From assembly GCA_963841435.1 (NCBI GenBank), contig CAWJCS010000006.1:736001-800000 (forward strand): 64,000 bases of DNA. Reading direction: 5' to 3'. The notes beneath the pieces were generated by a model. It searched no databases. It was not told the DNA's origin and saw only the letters and a program-made list of their open reading frames with translations. Position numbers and translations under genes: made by a program. Below, in pieces: positions 41,766 to 51,534 of this stretch; the first letter of the stretch is position 1; every line of letters starts with the position of its first letter. The stretch comes from an uncultured delta proteobacterium (lineage in GTDB: Bacteria; Myxococcota_A; Polyangia; Polyangiales; Polyangiaceae).

Positions 41766-42497
41766 TCAGCAGCGAAACCAGCGGCGGAGGCCGGGCCGGA
41801 TCACCTCGTCGAGCGTCTCGTAGAAGAGCGTTCGGCCGTCGTGGCCAGAGCAGAGGCCGAAGGCGGCACCGCCTTCGGGCGCGTCGCGATCGGGCAGGTG
41901 GGCGAGCTCGTGAGCTTCGAGATGCGCGAGCGCGGTCGGCAGGTAGCGCTCGATCGCAGTGCGCTCGTCCGTGGATAGATCGCCAGCGCTCCGCTCGAGC
42001 AGCCGCCAGCCGAAGCGCGCGTGACCCACCTCGTCAGCCCAGATGCGTGTGAGCAGGCCTCGCAGCGCGCCGTTGGGCATCTCCAGCCGCTCGGCGCCGA
42101 TCAGCGCGACGGCCACCGTTTCGCTCATGCAGCACACGTGGATGACGTTCCGGAGCGCGCGCGCCCGGGGCGGCGCATCGTCGTGCGCTGGGTAGTCCGG
42201 GCTGGGCCTGAGCGCGGTCCTTGCCTCGCCGCCGGCTGCCTCGACGACGGCGCCGCACAGCGTGCCATGGCGTCGCTCCTCGGCGGCAAAGGCGCGGCAT
42301 TCGCGCGCGTGCTCGTCGCTCCAGTGCTCGTCGAGCTGTTCAGCGAGCGCCTCGAACACCGATGACGACGAGTACTCGTTCAGCATGCGCGCTCGCCACG
42401 TCGCAACGCAGGCGCCCCGCAGGGCGTCAGGCAGTGCGCCGAGATCCGGCATGAGCGAGCGCGCCGGCTCGCGCAGATCCAGCACGGCCGCGCTCAC
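41766..42497 (-). CDS. Ferritin-like di-iron domain protein
   Basis: NEYSS, EERRH, SETVA and DEVGH form an E..ExxH..E..ExxH ligand set; GTGA overlap with the upstream stop. Confidence 0.8.
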   Translation of the reverse strand: MSAAVLDLREPARSLMPDLGALPDALRGACVATWRARMLNEYSSSSVFEALAEQLDEHWSDEHARECRAFAAEERRHGTLCGAVVEAAGGEARTALRPSPDYPAHDDAPPRARALRNVIHVCCMSETVAVALIGAERLEMPNGALRGLLTRIWADEVGHARFGWRLLERSAGDLSTDERTAIERYLPTALAHLEAHELAHLPDRDAPEGGAAFGLCSGHDGRTLFYETLDEVIRPGLRRWFRC

Positions 42498-43093
42498 GCG
42501 ATCACCAGGGCGGGTGGCACCGGCGGGCCCCAGGGGCTGCAGTACGGCGCCCAGTAATCTTCCACTGAAAGGAGCTGCCCGGGAACGGCACAGCACGCGT
42601 TGTGCGCAACGCTCGCGTCGAAGTTGCCGACGTAGGCGAGCAGGCGGCAGCAATTCAGCACGGAGGGATCGGCCTGGCCGTTCTCCCCCGTCCATACCTG
42701 GCCCGCGTTCACTGCCGTCTCCACGTAGGATTCGCAGCAGGCTCTCTCCTCGGCGCCGACGGTCGTCGTGAGCGCTCCCTTTTCGACGTTGACGGCCGCG
42801 AGGCAAGCGAGCACCGGCTCGGGCTCGGGTGGCGGGGACGGTTCTGTTGTCGCCGACGCGGTGGGCGCCGGGGGGGACGGCTCCGTCGTAGCGGAAGCGC
42901 TGGGCGCGGGTTGCTCCGTCGTGGCCGACGCGCTGGGCGCGGGTGGGCCGCCGGAGCCGTCCAGGTCCGTCGCGCGGGTGCTTCCGCCGTCCTGGCTGAG
43001 CCCGCCACAAGCGCTGCTTACGGCACCCAGGCAGCAACCGAGAGCAATCTTCGCCGCGCTATCGAGCGCGCGCCGTCGCGTCGAGCTTTTCAC
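42494..43093 (-). CDS. Cys-rich exported/lipoprotein with C-terminal CSPWGPPVPP motif
   Basis: RRR leader and SAC lipobox-like site, Pro/Ser/Thr repeats, three CC pairs in the C-terminal domain, AGGAGG RBS upstream. Confidence 0.7.
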   Translation of the reverse strand: MKSSTRRRALDSAAKIALGCCLGAVSSACGGLSQDGGSTRATDLDGSGGPPAPSASATTEQPAPSASATTEPSPPAPTASATTEPSPPPEPEPVLACLAAVNVEKGALTTTVGAEERACCESYVETAVNAGQVWTGENGQADPSVLNCCRLLAYVGNFDASVAHNACCAVPGQLLSVEDYWAPYCSPWGPPVPPALVIA

Positions 43094-43199
43094 CGTGGGC
43101 CTCCTTCGAGTCAGGAGTAACAGCCGGTGACTGGTCTGAGAATCAGGATTTTCTAAACGATATTGTTCGCATTATCAGTACAATGCCGGACTCTCACCG

Positions 43200-43410
43200 T
43201 ACGACTCGTACCAGATGGGTCACGACCAGGCGCGCTCCTGGATGCTCACGGGGAGATCCGGGCGCGGCCTGCGCTCGAGGCGCACGGCGTCGTACGTGGA
43301 CCAGCGGGCGTGGGGATTTGGAGCACGCGGGCCGTAGTGGAAGGCATGCTCGCTCGGATCGAAGTCGGGGTTCGTCCACGCCAACGAGAGCTGGGGCGCG
43401 CCGATCTGCC
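43200..43410 (-). pseudogene. DUF3604-family C-terminal remnant
   Basis: IGAPQLSLAWTNPDFDP..RWSTYDA..IQERAWS*PIWY, with an in-frame TGA inside the family's AWSSPIWY end motif. Confidence 0.7.
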
Positions 43411-43642
43411 CGGCAACGCCGAGCGTCGCGTCGAGCGCGGGCCCGGTTGGAACGGGCGATCGAATGGCGAGCGGGGCGAGCAACGGAATCGTTCCGAAGA
43501 AATGACTACCGTGAGCGGCGTCCGCAAGGGCAGCTGTGTGCGAGGCTGTGCTCCGATGCCGTTCTCGGGTGTGGGCCGTGAGAACAAACTAACCATTGGT
43601 CTTCCACCTCACGAATGGCTAGGCTGGGCGCTCGGATCGTTG

Positions 43643-44926
43643 ATGAGTCAGGGAGCACAGGGAGTGGTCTCGGCGCGAGCCGTTAAGTCTTTCGCGGAAG
43701 CGGTGGAACGGGAGCTCATGCGGGCGGGTCGGGCCGGAACAGCCGAGGTGGACGCCACTTCGCCGGAGGTGACGACTGCCTGCGAGCTCCTGCGCCGGGC
43801 TTTGCAAGCGATCAAGGAGGAGGACGCGGGCGACGGAGTCCTCTTCGTACCGGACGACCGCACCGCGGCGCTGCTGATGAGCTTCCTCGCCGAGCGGTTA
43901 CCCGCTCCCGGCTCGACCGAGACCCACTACGAGACGGAGTTGGCTTCGGACGACCTCGCGGGTTGGGTGACCCGCTTCGTGCCGAGCTGGCTCAAGGGTC
44001 GTTTCAACAAGCACGCGTTCGAAATGCCGGACGACGTGCCGACGCTCATGCCCGTGGACTTTCGTCTGGCGATCCTGGGCGATTGGGGCAGCGGCCTCTA
44101 CGGCGCGCCCGTCTCCGCTTCCAGCATCCGCAGTGCCGTGCCGCGCTTCGACGCGGTGATCCATCTGGGCGATGTCTACTATGCCGGGACCCCCCGGGAA
44201 GTCACGGAGCGCTTTCTCAATCTGTGGCCGAGCATTCCGGGAGCCAGCAGCTGGGCGCTCAACTCCAATCACGAGATGTTCTCGGGGGGCGCCGGCTACT
44301 TCGACACCACGCTCCGCGACCCGCGGTTCGCGCTGCAGCGCGGCTCGAGCTGCTTTGCGTGGGAGAACGATCACTTCGTGTTCCTCGGCCTGGACACGGG
44401 CTACCACGATCATGACCTCGGCCCGGAACAAGGCGGGTGGATTCGCCGTTGTGCGGCGGCGGCGCACGATCGAAAGCTCGTTTTGTTCTCGCACCATCAG
44501 CCGTTTTCCGCTTTCGATCGCCAAGGCACGAAGCTCGTGGAGGCCCTGCGCGACCTGCTCGAGGAGCGGCGCGTCGTGGCGTGGTACTGGGGGCACGAGC
44601 ACCGCTGCGTCTTTTTCGGCAAGCACGCCCGCTGGTCAACGTGGGGGCGCTGCGTCGGGCACGGTGGCTACCCCCAGGCGCGCGACGCCTTTCCCACGCC
44701 TGCGGATTCCGTCAACGCTGACGGGTCGAGCTGGCGCGAAGTATCGCGCGAGGGGGTGCCCGATGCCTGGGTGCTCGATGGGCCGAACCGTTACGTCGTG
44801 GGGCACGCCGAGAAATACGCCCCTCACGGCTACGTGAGCCTGCACTTCCACGGACCGATGATCCACGAAGCCGTCCACGCGCCCGACGGCTCGCTCCTCT
44901 TGCGTCATCGAATTCCCGAAGGTTGA
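43643..44926 (+). CDS. Calcineurin-like metallophosphoesterase
   Basis: GDWG, HLGDVYY, SNHE, SHH, WGHEH motifs. Confidence 0.88.
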   Translation: MSQGAQGVVSARAVKSFAEAVERELMRAGRAGTAEVDATSPEVTTACELLRRALQAIKEEDAGDGVLFVPDDRTAALLMSFLAERLPAPGSTETHYETELASDDLAGWVTRFVPSWLKGRFNKHAFEMPDDVPTLMPVDFRLAILGDWGSGLYGAPVSASSIRSAVPRFDAVIHLGDVYYAGTPREVTERFLNLWPSIPGASSWALNSNHEMFSGGAGYFDTTLRDPRFALQRGSSCFAWENDHFVFLGLDTGYHDHDLGPEQGGWIRRCAAAAHDRKLVLFSHHQPFSAFDRQGTKLVEALRDLLEERRVVAWYWGHEHRCVFFGKHARWSTWGRCVGHGGYPQARDAFPTPADSVNADGSSWREVSREGVPDAWVLDGPNRYVVGHAEKYAPHGYVSLHFHGPMIHEAVHAPDGSLLLRHRIPEG

Positions 44927-44953
44927 GAGCCGGCGGGGCGGGGCACCCAGCGG

Positions 44954-46930
44954 CTAGGTACGCGGGTCCGCGCCCGCCGGGTCGTCCGAGCTCGATGGGG
45001 TGGACGCAGGCGGGTCGAAGGCGCAGAGGAGCGCCGCGGCGTCCAGCAGCCCGAAACCGCGGTCCGCTTGCCAGACGCCGACCATCTGGGCCGCCGTTGC
45101 GATGAGCGCGGCGCGGGCCTGCAAGGCGTTCGGCCAGTCGCGCCCGAGCCGGGCCTGTTTCGAAAACAAGCGGGCGAGTGCGCCGGTCACGTGGGGCGCC
45201 GCCATGCTCGTGCCACTGAGCACGACGGTGTCGGAGCGCGTGCCCGCTTTCGCGGCGCGGATCTGCAAGCCCGGGGCGAAAAGCTCGGGCTTCTTCCGCT
45301 CGTCCCGCGTGGGCCCGAGTGACGAGCTCTCCGCGATGGCCTGGCCAGTTCGATCGCCCGAAGCCACGGTGATCACGCTGCGGGCGGTTCCGGGCATGGT
45401 CAAGGTGCGATCGACGGTCGCCCCCTTGATGATGGTGAGTGGTCCTTCGATCCACAAGTCCGTCTCGCCGGCCCCGCGCGTGGCGACCCCGGACAACTCC
45501 AGGGTGAAGCCCGCGTTGGTTGGCGGCAGGCTCAGGAGCAGCAGTGAGTCCCCGTTGTCGCGGTGGAAGCGTTCGTAGCTGGCCCTGGCGGTGCCGAGCT
45601 CTGTCTGGAGCTCCAGGACCGGGCTCGCCGTTGACAGGATGATCGATTGCGCGCGCGCGGTCTCACTGAGCTTCAGCTCGAGCTGATGCGCCGAGGAGAA
45701 CCACACCTCGACCAGCGTGGGGGCTCGGTCGCGGGTGACCGGCGGACCGAGCTTGACGAGCACGGTGGCGCCCTGGGCGACGTTGAAGCGCCGGAAACGA
45801 GCGCTGTCGCGCGCATTTCCGGCGGACTTGACGATGGCTCGTCCGGGCGCGTGCCCGCCCTTCGTGAACGCGTCGAAGCCGGCCTCGAGGAGGGAGTTTC
45901 CGTCGTGCGCCCCCGCGGCGATTCCTGCGCTGACGTTGACGACGACCGGCTGTCGGCTGGCGTGCGCGATGGAGTCGATGAGCTTCAGGGCGTCGACGTG
46001 GCTCTTCGCGAAGCCTTCGCTGGGGCGCCCCTGTCCGGAAGATCGCAGGGCGGGAACCACGAAAATGATGGGCGCGTCAGGGGCCATGCCACCGGCGAAA
46101 CGATGCGCCTCCTGCGCAGCGGGCGCGCTTCGGCCCGCGGCGATGCTGGCTACGTGGGTGCCATGGAGTCGGCCGTCGTCGGTCGCCGACATCGGCGGGA
46201 GGGCGCGCCGACCGGCGAGCGCTGCATCGATGTCCTCGGCGGTGTAGAGGACGCCGTAGTCGGCCTCGAGGGTGCCATTCACCTGGTTCGGCGTTGGCCC
46301 CTCGGTGGCCGTCTGATCCCACACGTAAAGGAGGCGCGTGCGACCGTCGGCGCCGAGAAATGCGTCATGCAGGGGATCGAGCCCGCCGTCGATGATACCG
46401 ATCAAACAGCCGTCCTCGGGTACGGCTCCCTCGGGGGCTTCGACAGGGTTGCCCTTGACGGTGGGGACCGACTGGTCGAGCTCCCAGGTGCCGCCCTCCC
46501 GACTCACCTCCACGACGACGCCAGGCTGCTCCCCGATCCGCATGAGAGCACGCTTCGAACCGCGGCCACTCAGCACGTTGTCGAGCCGCACGCCCTTCAC
46601 GAACTCCGGAATCTGCGGGAGCTCGAAGTCTTGGGTCGGCAGACGCACGAGCGCGGGCCACCAGCGACGCCGAGCCGATGCGACGGCCCCGACGCTTTCC
46701 AGTGCACGCCCACGGAGCGTCGTTTCGCTCGAGTCGTCGGCCCCCCGTCCCCCGTCCCGCGCGCCGTCGCCGTCGCCGTCCTCGCCCCCGTCTTCGTCGC
46801 GCTCGACCGGGCGAATGCCTTCGAGCTCGTCGGAGGCGGGCGTCTCCCCCCGGGAAAGCGTTCTTTCCCCGGCTGGCTCGGGATCTGGAACGTGAAGCAG
46901 GAAAGGGTCGATACCTGAGGGTCGGTTCAT
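44954..46930 (-). CDS. S8 subtilisin-like serine protease (CspA-like insert, no signal peptide)
   Basis: IGIIDGG, HGTHVASIAAG, SAGN, KPELFAPG, SGTSMAAPHVTG. Confidence 0.92.
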   Translation of the reverse strand: MNRPSGIDPFLLHVPDPEPAGERTLSRGETPASDELEGIRPVERDEDGGEDGDGDGARDGGRGADDSSETTLRGRALESVGAVASARRRWWPALVRLPTQDFELPQIPEFVKGVRLDNVLSGRGSKRALMRIGEQPGVVVEVSREGGTWELDQSVPTVKGNPVEAPEGAVPEDGCLIGIIDGGLDPLHDAFLGADGRTRLLYVWDQTATEGPTPNQVNGTLEADYGVLYTAEDIDAALAGRRALPPMSATDDGRLHGTHVASIAAGRSAPAAQEAHRFAGGMAPDAPIIFVVPALRSSGQGRPSEGFAKSHVDALKLIDSIAHASRQPVVVNVSAGIAAGAHDGNSLLEAGFDAFTKGGHAPGRAIVKSAGNARDSARFRRFNVAQGATVLVKLGPPVTRDRAPTLVEVWFSSAHQLELKLSETARAQSIILSTASPVLELQTELGTARASYERFHRDNGDSLLLLSLPPTNAGFTLELSGVATRGAGETDLWIEGPLTIIKGATVDRTLTMPGTARSVITVASGDRTGQAIAESSSLGPTRDERKKPELFAPGLQIRAAKAGTRSDTVVLSGTSMAAPHVTGALARLFSKQARLGRDWPNALQARAALIATAAQMVGVWQADRGFGLLDAAALLCAFDPPASTPSSSDDPAGADPRT

Positions 46931-46977
46931 CGCTACCTCCGCCGGTTGGGCACCAGCTGGTTCGCCCAGGACCTAAA

Positions 46978-47865
46978 TCACCCCGTCGGCCGTTCGGCAA
47001 CCTGGAGGTCGATGCCGTAACGCATCAGCACGTCGCCGACGCCACCATCACTCACGAGCGCGCTGCTCTGGCTTTCCAAAAACTCCAGGGTGCTCGGGTC
47101 CGTGCTCGCGCGGAGCCGACGAACGTTCCTCACGCCAAGGTGCTCATGGGCGAGCGCATCGATTTGACCGGCCGCCGCATTCACGTCGAGCGCATCAATC
47201 TCGCGGTCGTTCTTCAACCACCCCTGCATCGCTTGGAACACGGCCTGGTGGAAGTGTTCTTCGGCGAGCGTCGTGGCGAACTCGTACTCCGGAATGACGC
47301 CGTAGCCCGAGCCCTTTCCGGCGGTGTCGAGCATCTCGAGCAGCTCGATGATCCGACGGTAGCCGTTGCCGGCCGTGAGCTCGAGCTCCGCCGAGAGCTG
47401 GAAGAATCCGAGCAGCGACTCGGCTTCGAGATGCGCGGTGAACGGGGGCGCCGCATTGAACACGCGCGTTGTGCCGATTGCGGCTCGTGCGATGGTGCCG
47501 AGCAGTCCTCCCGAGGTCGCCCAGGACGTCATCAGACCCTCGATCGAGCCCTGTGCACCTTCTGTGGTCCAACGGGGGTCGTCCAGCTTGCGCAGCGAAT
47601 CCATCAGAGTCGCGTGGGAGGTCTCTTGCGCCCAGACACTGCCAATGGTGTCCCTCACGAGCTTCACGGCTTCTCCCTCGGGACCCTTTTGATCCGGGAT
47701 CCGCCGCTCGAGCTTTAGCGCGTCGTAGATTTGGACCACCATCGCCTCTCTTTGGTGCGCCGTCGCGACCCAACAGTCGAGCTCGCCCTTGGGATCTCCG
47801 TCGAAGCGCTGCCGCAGCTCGGTCGCGATCCCTTCGGTGTGCTTCAAGATCTCGTTCGGCTTCAC
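46978..47865 (-). CDS. Hypothetical protein, probable ferritin-like di-metal fold
   Basis: REAMV, QETSH, ELELT and EEHFH spaced like E/ExxH ligands. Confidence 0.55.
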   Translation of the reverse strand: MKPNEILKHTEGIATELRQRFDGDPKGELDCWVATAHQREAMVVQIYDALKLERRIPDQKGPEGEAVKLVRDTIGSVWAQETSHATLMDSLRKLDDPRWTTEGAQGSIEGLMTSWATSGGLLGTIARAAIGTTRVFNAAPPFTAHLEAESLLGFFQLSAELELTAGNGYRRIIELLEMLDTAGKGSGYGVIPEYEFATTLAEEHFHQAVFQAMQGWLKNDREIDALDVNAAAGQIDALAHEHLGVRNVRRLRASTDPSTLEFLESQSSALVSDGGVGDVLMRYGIDLQVAERPTG

Positions 47866-48027
47866 GGCGTTCGTGCCCGATGCTCGTCCGTTTCGGAGTC
47901 TCGTTCAAGGAGCCAAACCGGCCATGGTCATTTTTTGGAGCGTCGCTCCCGGTGGCTTGTGCCGTCAACCGTCGAGTGAGAGGATCGCAGGTGCTCCTAC
48001 CGAAAACCGCAAGAGATCGAGGATCCC

Positions 48028-49143
48028 ATGGCCATTCCGGACGACGCTCGACTCGACGCGCTGCGCTTGGTTGGGGACCCACTGATCGACCCGCTGGTCG
48101 TGCAGCATTTTCGGGACGATCGCCCCGGCTTGGGCAGGCTCATTGGCCAGCTCTTCAGCGCGACCGAGATGCCGAGTCACCCCTTCGTCGAGACGTTCCT
48201 GGCGGCACTGCCGAACGTGACCCTCGATGAACCGCCCCGTGTCAGACAAGGACAAGCGCTGTTCGCGGAGTTCGGTCCGGAGGTGCTCCTGAGCCTCGGT
48301 TCGTGCGCCCTTCCGCTCGCCTATGCCGCCGGGAAGGGCGTTCAGGCCGTCTGGCGAGCCCGACGACTCAAAGAGGATCCGATCCGGCGCTTGTGTGACA
48401 CGGCGCAGATGGTCATCAACGTGATGGAGCCCGACGAGCTCACCGAGGATGGCATCGGCTGGCTGTCGGCGCGCAAAACCCGCCTCATCCACGCCCTGAT
48501 CCGCCATCACATCGCCACGGATCCGGCACAGCCCTGGCCCGCGGAGTACGGCGTGCCCATCAATCAGGAAGATCTGACTGGGACACTCCTCTCGTTCTCG
48601 ATTGCCGTTCTGCAGAGCCTGCGTAAGATCGGCGCGCGCGTCTCGCCCGACCAGGGCGACGCCTACGTTCATGCCTGGGTCCAAATCGCAAAGCTGCTTG
48701 GACTCGACGAAACCGCGCTGCCGCGCGACGAGGCGGAGGGGTTGGAGCTTGCCTTGCGCATCGGGAGGCGCCAGATAGGGGCGACGCCGGAAGGGCGGGC
48801 ACTGAACGACCAGCTGCTGGACGCCGTCGGCGTCGTGCTCTTCACTAGGGGCTACGCCGCCAACTTGAGTCGATTCCTGTTGGAAGGCTCGGCGTTCGGA
48901 CAAGACGTGGCGGAAAAGCTCGCCATTCCTTCGCCACCAATCTCCCGCTTCTTCGTGCGGCTGCGCGCCGTCCACAAGCGGCTCATGTTCGACCTCATGG
49001 AGGCCGTGCCCGGCGCGAAGCGCCGGCGCCGTCGCGTGGCCGTTCGCTTCGTCCAACGGCTTTTGATTCTTCGCCGTGGGGGCGACGGTCGCCGACCGTT
49101 CGCGGTTCCGGCGCGCTTGCGCGTCGAATGGGGCATCACGTAG
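48028..49143 (+). CDS. MpaB/DUF2236 (Lcp-like) heme oxygenase-family protein
   Basis: GDPLID, GQALF, LPLAYA, RRLCDT, RLIHALIR, PINQEDLTGTLLSFS. Confidence 0.85.
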   Translation: MAIPDDARLDALRLVGDPLIDPLVVQHFRDDRPGLGRLIGQLFSATEMPSHPFVETFLAALPNVTLDEPPRVRQGQALFAEFGPEVLLSLGSCALPLAYAAGKGVQAVWRARRLKEDPIRRLCDTAQMVINVMEPDELTEDGIGWLSARKTRLIHALIRHHIATDPAQPWPAEYGVPINQEDLTGTLLSFSIAVLQSLRKIGARVSPDQGDAYVHAWVQIAKLLGLDETALPRDEAEGLELALRIGRRQIGATPEGRALNDQLLDAVGVVLFTRGYAANLSRFLLEGSAFGQDVAEKLAIPSPPISRFFVRLRAVHKRLMFDLMEAVPGAKRRRRRVAVRFVQRLLILRRGGDGRRPFAVPARLRVEWGIT

Positions 49144-49184
49144 CGCCCTTCAAGGGAACGATTGCTCGACCCCTGCCGGGCTAG

Positions 49185-49381
49185 CACTACTGTCAGAGTC
49201 TTGGAGGAACAGATCACGATCCGGCAGAGAGAACATGAGCCACGAAAGCAACTGGCGAGGCCAGCGGGCGGCCGTCTTCGAGCACGAAATGGACGCAAGA
49301 CGTGGGCGCCGCCGTCCGAAAAGTTCGCCGCTCGCCAATCTGCGAATTTCTCGAAGGAAACGCGAATCTCTGACAGTAGTG
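49185..49381. mobile_element. MITE-like element, copy 1 (197 bp)
   Basis: 14-bp TIR CACTACTGTCAGAG...CTCTGACAGTAGTG, flanks CTAG/CCAG, 3 substitutions versus copy 2. Confidence 0.85.
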
Positions 49382-49391
49382 CCAGGCGTCG

Positions 49392-50393
49392 CTACGCGCC
49401 CGTTTGCCGCGCCACCTGCAGGAGCTCCTCGCGGGTCTTCACTCCCAACTTCGAAGCAGCACGTGCCATCAACACCCGAACGGTGGAGTCGGCAATGCCA
49501 AGCTCGTAGGCGATGAGCTTGTTGTGGTGTCCAAGTAGCGCGTAGCCGATGACCTGGCGTTCCCGGTCGCTCAATGCCCCGGGCCCAAGCGCCTTGGGCT
49601 CGTTTTGCCGTGCGACGATGTAGCGGCGCCCGTCGTGCTCCAGCTGGTCAACGAGCGACCATTGTCCGGCGACCAACGCCCGCCATTCGCCCAGCGCGCG
49701 GTCGGGATCGCCGATTCGCTCGGGGCCGCGCACCTTCTCCATCGTGAGCACCGCGCTGCGAAGCGATTCGCGAGCCAGTGCCTGGCTTGCCGCGCCCGTC
49801 GCGTCGTGCAATTTCCCGTTGGGGTCAAAAATAGCAGCGGGCTGCTCCGGGCTCGGGTCGGACCGGAGCCGAGTCCGGAGGCGTACCGCGCTCGAGAGGT
49901 GGGCGGCAATCCGCCCCCAGCGTCTGATGTCTCGTTGGGACGCCCAGGCGATGCGCTTGCGCCCCGCATGGAACCCACAGCCGTGACCCGTCGGATCGGT
50001 CGCGGTGATCCAGATCGAATCGAACATGCCGAAGCGCTGCAAGCCCTGCTTCATTTGGGGAAGCTCCGCAAATTCCTCCCTCATACCCATCATCTGGCTG
50101 CCGGTGACGCAGGGGCCCATCTCGAAGGGACGCTGTCGCAGCGTCGGGTCCATGTTCGCGAAGAGCTTCGGGTACGTTGCCGCCAGGGGCTCCGGCATCC
50201 ACAAGTGCTGGCTCTGCAACATCTTGGGAGGCTGGTGCGGAGCGCGAACGAACTCGAATGCAGCAAGGCCGAAACCCTCGTCCAAATGGGGCCTGATGGC
50301 CTCCGCAATCGCCCGAAGCCACACGTCGCCGGGAACGTCCAGCTGGTACGCCGCCTCCACGATGCTCAAGAGATCGAAACGGTCACGTGACAT
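49392..50393 (-). CDS. LuxR-family transcriptional regulator
   Basis: C-terminal LSDRERQV..GHHNKLIAYELGIADSTVR..KLG. Confidence 0.9.
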   Translation of the reverse strand: MSRDRFDLLSIVEAAYQLDVPGDVWLRAIAEAIRPHLDEGFGLAAFEFVRAPHQPPKMLQSQHLWMPEPLAATYPKLFANMDPTLRQRPFEMGPCVTGSQMMGMREEFAELPQMKQGLQRFGMFDSIWITATDPTGHGCGFHAGRKRIAWASQRDIRRWGRIAAHLSSAVRLRTRLRSDPSPEQPAAIFDPNGKLHDATGAASQALARESLRSAVLTMEKVRGPERIGDPDRALGEWRALVAGQWSLVDQLEHDGRRYIVARQNEPKALGPGALSDRERQVIGYALLGHHNKLIAYELGIADSTVRVLMARAASKLGVKTREELLQVARQTGA

Positions 50394-50656
50394 CGAAGCT
50401 CCGGTCGCGCGCCGCACACTACATCTTAGGGGCTCGCCTCACCAGTGCCGTGCCCAATCGACCGCTACCCCGCGAGAATGTGGCTCAGAACGCCTGTTTA
50501 CGGGTTTCGTGTAAGCCCGTCTTTTCTTGAGTTTGTCGGCGGCTCGCTGCAGCCTGTGCTCTGCAGGCACGTTGAGAAGTCGGCCCCGTCGGAGACACGC
50601 GGGCGGCGGAACGGGAGGGGTGCGCCCGCATTGGACGAGGATCGGAGGTGTGGATC

Positions 50657-51424
50657 ATGAGCGAGCAGAATATTTCGGAGCTGCGGACCCTGGTGATGCG
50701 AGCCGATGGCGTGCCGGCGACCATACAAAGGTCCGCAGAGCTCTGGTTCGGGCTCGTGCGCGGAGAGCTGGAGGTGGCGGGACGCTTCATGACGAGTGAC
50801 CGCGAATATCTGGTTCTCGGTGAACGACCAGATCGTCAGACGCCCCTCTGCGGGCGCAAGCTCGACATTTTGCAGAGCGTGCTCGTCGGCGTCAGTCGCA
50901 AGGTCGTGTCCTTCGACTTCGAAATCTCGCCCTCCACGGTCGCACTGGCCCTCAGCGCTGCGCTGCGTGATTTGGGGCTCGATTGCTCACCAGGGCGCAT
51001 CCCGCCACTGCTCGTGGTGCTCGCGCGTGCGGCTCGCGGCGACCGGGTTCGCTCGGTGGTGACCATCGCCGACATCGAGCACGGCGGCCTGCGCTATCAC
51101 GTGGTGGCAAGGGACGTGGACAGTCCGCTCTTCGAGGTGCTCGCCCCGGCACAGCGAGCCGTGCTGAGGCAATTGATCCAAGGCAGCACCTATGCGGATA
51201 TTGCCGCCCGCCGGCGCACGTCATCACGCACGGTCGCCAATCAGGTCGCCGCGGCGTGCCGTCGGCTCGGCGTGTCCGGGCGGTTCGACCTCGTCCAGTT
51301 CGTCGTATCGGACGATGTCGTCACCGATGGGGCGCATCCGTGGCAGGCGCCCCGTTCGGCAATGTCGCCAGCGGCCGATTCAGTGCCGAGCGACAGAGGT
51401 GCCGGCGTCGGCGCTCAAGGATGA
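50657..51424 (+). CDS. Regulator with two LuxR-type HTH modules
   Basis: GVSRKVVSFDFEISPSTV and LAPAQRAV..GSTYADIAARRRTSSRTVANQV. Confidence 0.8.
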   Translation: MSEQNISELRTLVMRADGVPATIQRSAELWFGLVRGELEVAGRFMTSDREYLVLGERPDRQTPLCGRKLDILQSVLVGVSRKVVSFDFEISPSTVALALSAALRDLGLDCSPGRIPPLLVVLARAARGDRVRSVVTIADIEHGGLRYHVVARDVDSPLFEVLAPAQRAVLRQLIQGSTYADIAARRRTSSRTVANQVAAACRRLGVSGRFDLVQFVVSDDVVTDGAHPWQAPRSAMSPAADSVPSDRGAGVGAQG

Positions 51425-51534
51425 TGGTCGTGCCGCAGATTGCATCCTGGTGGCTGGCTCCGTGCTCGCCCTCGGAAAGAACACCATTGCGCCATCGTGC
51501 ATGACGTGGTGAGGAATCGTTCCCGGGAAACAGC

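Noticed and set aside
49076-49516. ORFs reading through the 197-bp repeat (MSHESNWRG...)
   Set aside because: No transposase motifs, and they run into different flanks at each copy, so they are incidental
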